Below are positions 61,729 to 64,000 of a stretch of DNA of 64,000 bases, one piece after another; position 1 is the stretch's first letter, and each line of letters starts with the position of its first letter. The translations under genes and the position numbers were made by a program. Source of the DNA: Oopsacas minuta. Taxonomy: Eukaryota > Animalia > Porifera. The stretch is from contig JAKMXF010000298.1 of NCBI GenBank assembly GCA_024704765.1, positions 1 to 64,000 of the forward strand. The letters are read 5' to 3'. Under the pieces are notes generated by a model. It was not told where the DNA came from and did no database searches. It saw nothing but the letters and a program-made list of their open reading frames with translations.

Positions 61729-63114
61729 TTACGCCTGTTTAGACTTAGTATCATCTTGTCCTAGCCTCTTAAGATGATTGATATGACAGCCTAGAGCCTG
61801 CCAGAAGGTAGGGACATGGTGATAATTAATGCCAAACTCCTTACAAGTCTCTCTAAGGATGGGAGTAATCTTGATATAATGAGACTGTATTACCCCAGGG
61901 AATAAATGGTGTACAGTTTGGTGGTTAAGTGACCCGGTGAATACAGACCAGAACCAGCTGTCTGTGGCATAATCCTGTGTCGTAGCTACCTGCAGCTCGG
62001 CCCAGTCTCGGTGTAGCTCATTATTCTCGTCCGGCTGAGGCCATTCTACTTCACTAATAACATGAGAAGTTTGGAATACTAAAGCTAACCAGTAACTGCC
62101 CACGAATTCAGCTACAAAGTTGAAGAGAATTATTTTCCAAACTGGCATATAAAAGTATAAGAGAGTTATTCTGTAATTTATATGCAAGAACTTTCCTATA
62201 TAGAATTGAGCTAGCTGAGAATAAGTAGGAATAGTTAGAGTCATAGCGCTATTCCTTCCGTTTCTAAGCAAGAAGAAATCTTGGAATCTAGTCTTAAGAC
62301 CTAGAAAGCAGTAGACTAACGGTACATACACGTGCTGGTAGATATAGCGAGGCACCCAAGGCTGGTAACCTTTGATACGACGGATATCTGCTTGATGCTC
62401 ATGTGTATAGATATCAGGATCTCTGCCGTCTACATTTGTGAATGGGTGATGTCCCATAGTGTGCTGGTGTATCCACATAAATATAGAAGCACCATGGAAC
62501 AGATCATGAACAGCCCCGAATACTCTCCAGACCCAGGGTTTATGAGTTATAGAGAAGTGCGAGGAATCGTGTGTAAATGTCATTGCTACCAATGCAACAT
62601 CAAATCCCCAAATAGCTGTCATAAACAGTGAGAACAGCATGTTGTCATGGTTATGCATTACAGTGAAGGTGCAGACAAACGCGAAACCTAGGAAGAATGC
62701 ATACCTCACAAACATCCACGGATCATATTTAGGATCTATATTATTATCTTTGAAATATTTGTCAACTCTTTGTTTCAGAGTCCGGTAGAATTCACCACGG
62801 GCCGGATAAACCGGCCATTCATTAGTTACCAACTCTCCAACATAAAATTTCTCTAAGATTTTGAAAGCCTTATCACTATGATATGATTCAAATAACTGCG
62901 AAATATCACGTCCAGCACCTAACGCAATCTGGTCAGCACCACCTGGATGTTTCTCAATGAAAGAACTGACGTCATAAACCTTCCCGTGAACAGCGACATG
63001 AGCATTATCTCTACGATTGTAAGTAGCAAGTTCCTCACAGGTATAAGTACGTATTGCTTTAGCTGGTTTAACTATTCCATTTGTTAGACAGCCGTTAGCT
63101 ATGATATCTGTCAT
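61729..63114 (-). CDS. Front-end (cytochrome b5 fusion) fatty-acid desaturase, delta-5 type
   Basis: HPGG; His boxes HDSSH, HTMGHH and QTVHH; QVATTQDY. Confidence 0.93.
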   Translation of the reverse strand: MTDIIANGCLTNGIVKPAKAIRTYTCEELATYNRRDNAHVAVHGKVYDVSSFIEKHPGGADQIALGAGRDISQLFESYHSDKAFKILEKFYVGELVTNEWPVYPARGEFYRTLKQRVDKYFKDNNIDPKYDPWMFVRYAFFLGFAFVCTFTVMHNHDNMLFSLFMTAIWGFDVALVAMTFTHDSSHFSITHKPWVWRVFGAVHDLFHGASIFMWIHQHTMGHHPFTNVDGRDPDIYTHEHQADIRRIKGYQPWVPRYIYQHVYVPLVYCFLGLKTRFQDFFLLRNGRNSAMTLTIPTYSQLAQFYIGKFLHINYRITLLYFYMPVWKIILFNFVAEFVGSYWLALVFQTSHVISEVEWPQPDENNELHRDWAELQVATTQDYATDSWFWSVFTGSLNHQTVHHLFPGVIQSHYIKITPILRETCKEFGINYHHVPTFWQALGCHINHLKRLGQDDTKSKQA

Positions 63115-63241
63115 TGTCTGGTATAAGAATGTTAAATCATTATCGTAAATACAAATACAGTAACTATTTTACCAACACAACACACAAATATAATATACAA
63201 GCTATGCTAATAGTGTTTACAAAATAAACTAATCCAATCAT

Positions 63242-64000
63242 TTATTTAGGAATTAAAGGCAGTCTTTCGTAGAATAGTATATAAGCTTGTGACTGGAATA
63301 CTTCTTCACTACTAACCTTACTCACCATGGAATCACTAATATAATACCAATCCTCTGCAGGCTGTATGTGTGTACTGAACTCATAAGGATTATGCATGTG
63401 TGTACTAGGATGTGTTACTGGTAAAGTAGGTTTGGAAGCTCCAGCTGATTCTGTAACAATATCCATAGGAACCTCTCCTTCTGTATCTGCTGTATCTGTT
63501 TCTATTCTGTCATTTTGAGGGAATTTAACTTGACTGCTCCAATCAGCAATATTAACATAAGCTATATAGTGTCCTCCTAGCATGCCACCTGAATGACTCA
63601 CTATTCCTCTCAGACAGTATAATATGGAGTTATCACTATCTCTAGCCACAAGTGTATCATTAACACAGTAAGGTGACATGTCTAGTACTAGAGGGAAGCT
63701 TATTTGTTTTCCTATCTTCTGTAGACGTAATCCTACTTGGGAGAATCTTTTGAGATGAATAGTGAGGATAGGAGGTAGAGATTTTATGTGGAATTGTTTG
63801 GTAGCGTCACTGAAAAGACATTTAGATAGATCTATACTTTCTTGACTACCCTCCTTATCATCATCTCCATTATCATCAGATAGCTGAGGATTACAGTGTA
63901 TACATAGATAGTCTCCGTATAGAATTTCAGGAGAGAAGAATTTTGCAAGAAAGTACTCTAACGTATCTTGACCTGAAGGTGTTGGTATTCGCAGTCTAGT
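63242..64000 (-). CDS. Ubiquitin-specific protease USP16/USP45-like, 3-prime part only
   Basis: Open frame from the window edge: LPPILTIHLKRFSQ; His box HSGGMLGGHYIAYV; WYYISDS; AYILFYER. Confidence 0.92.
   Translation of the reverse strand, partial: TRLRIPTPSGQDTLEYFLAKFFSPEILYGDYLCIHCNPQLSDDNGDDDKEGSQESIDLSKCLFSDATKQFHIKSLPPILTIHLKRFSQVGLRLQKIGKQISFPLVLDMSPYCVNDTLVARDSDNSILYCLRGIVSHSGGMLGGHYIAYVNIADWSSQVKFPQNDRIETDTADTEGEVPMDIVTESAGASKPTLPVTHPSTHMHNPYEFSTHIQPAEDWYYISDSMVSKVSSEEVFQSQAYILFYERLPLIPK

Overview
Eukaryotic (animal) genomic DNA, not prokaryotic. It is AT-rich and very gene-dense, with about 33 protein-coding loci. Most are intronless; the introns found are GT-AG and 51-69 bp, plus one of 349 bp. 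The animal-type gene set (bHLH-PAS, SH2, death-fold, CIP2A, RSPH9, LRRCC1, FAM227) and this compact architecture best fit an early-branching metazoan such as a glass sponge (inference only). The window opens in a near-perfect 365-bp tandem array (1-2837) and ends inside a USP16/45-like gene. Main observations: (1) An MRP1/ABCC locus has two intact-length 4.2-kb giant first exons and a deleted fossil third one, all upstream of a single shared terminal exon. The two exons differ mainly in substrate-pocket helices, suggesting a variable-exon/constant-exon design. (2) Long co-oriented gene runs have 41-180 bp spacers carrying unpaired 3-prime splice sites just before the ATG, as expected for operons resolved by spliced-leader trans-splicing. 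(3) A possible intron joins the SLC30A6 stop codon directly to the LRRCC1 start. (4) Several unusual proteins: four tandem Arg-less SH2-like domains, a tandem death-fold protein, a secreted sPLA2-like Cys-rich protein, two divergent Maf-like bZIPs, and a fungal/amoebozoan-type delta-5 desaturase. All homology calls were made by eye from remembered family motifs; no searches were run.
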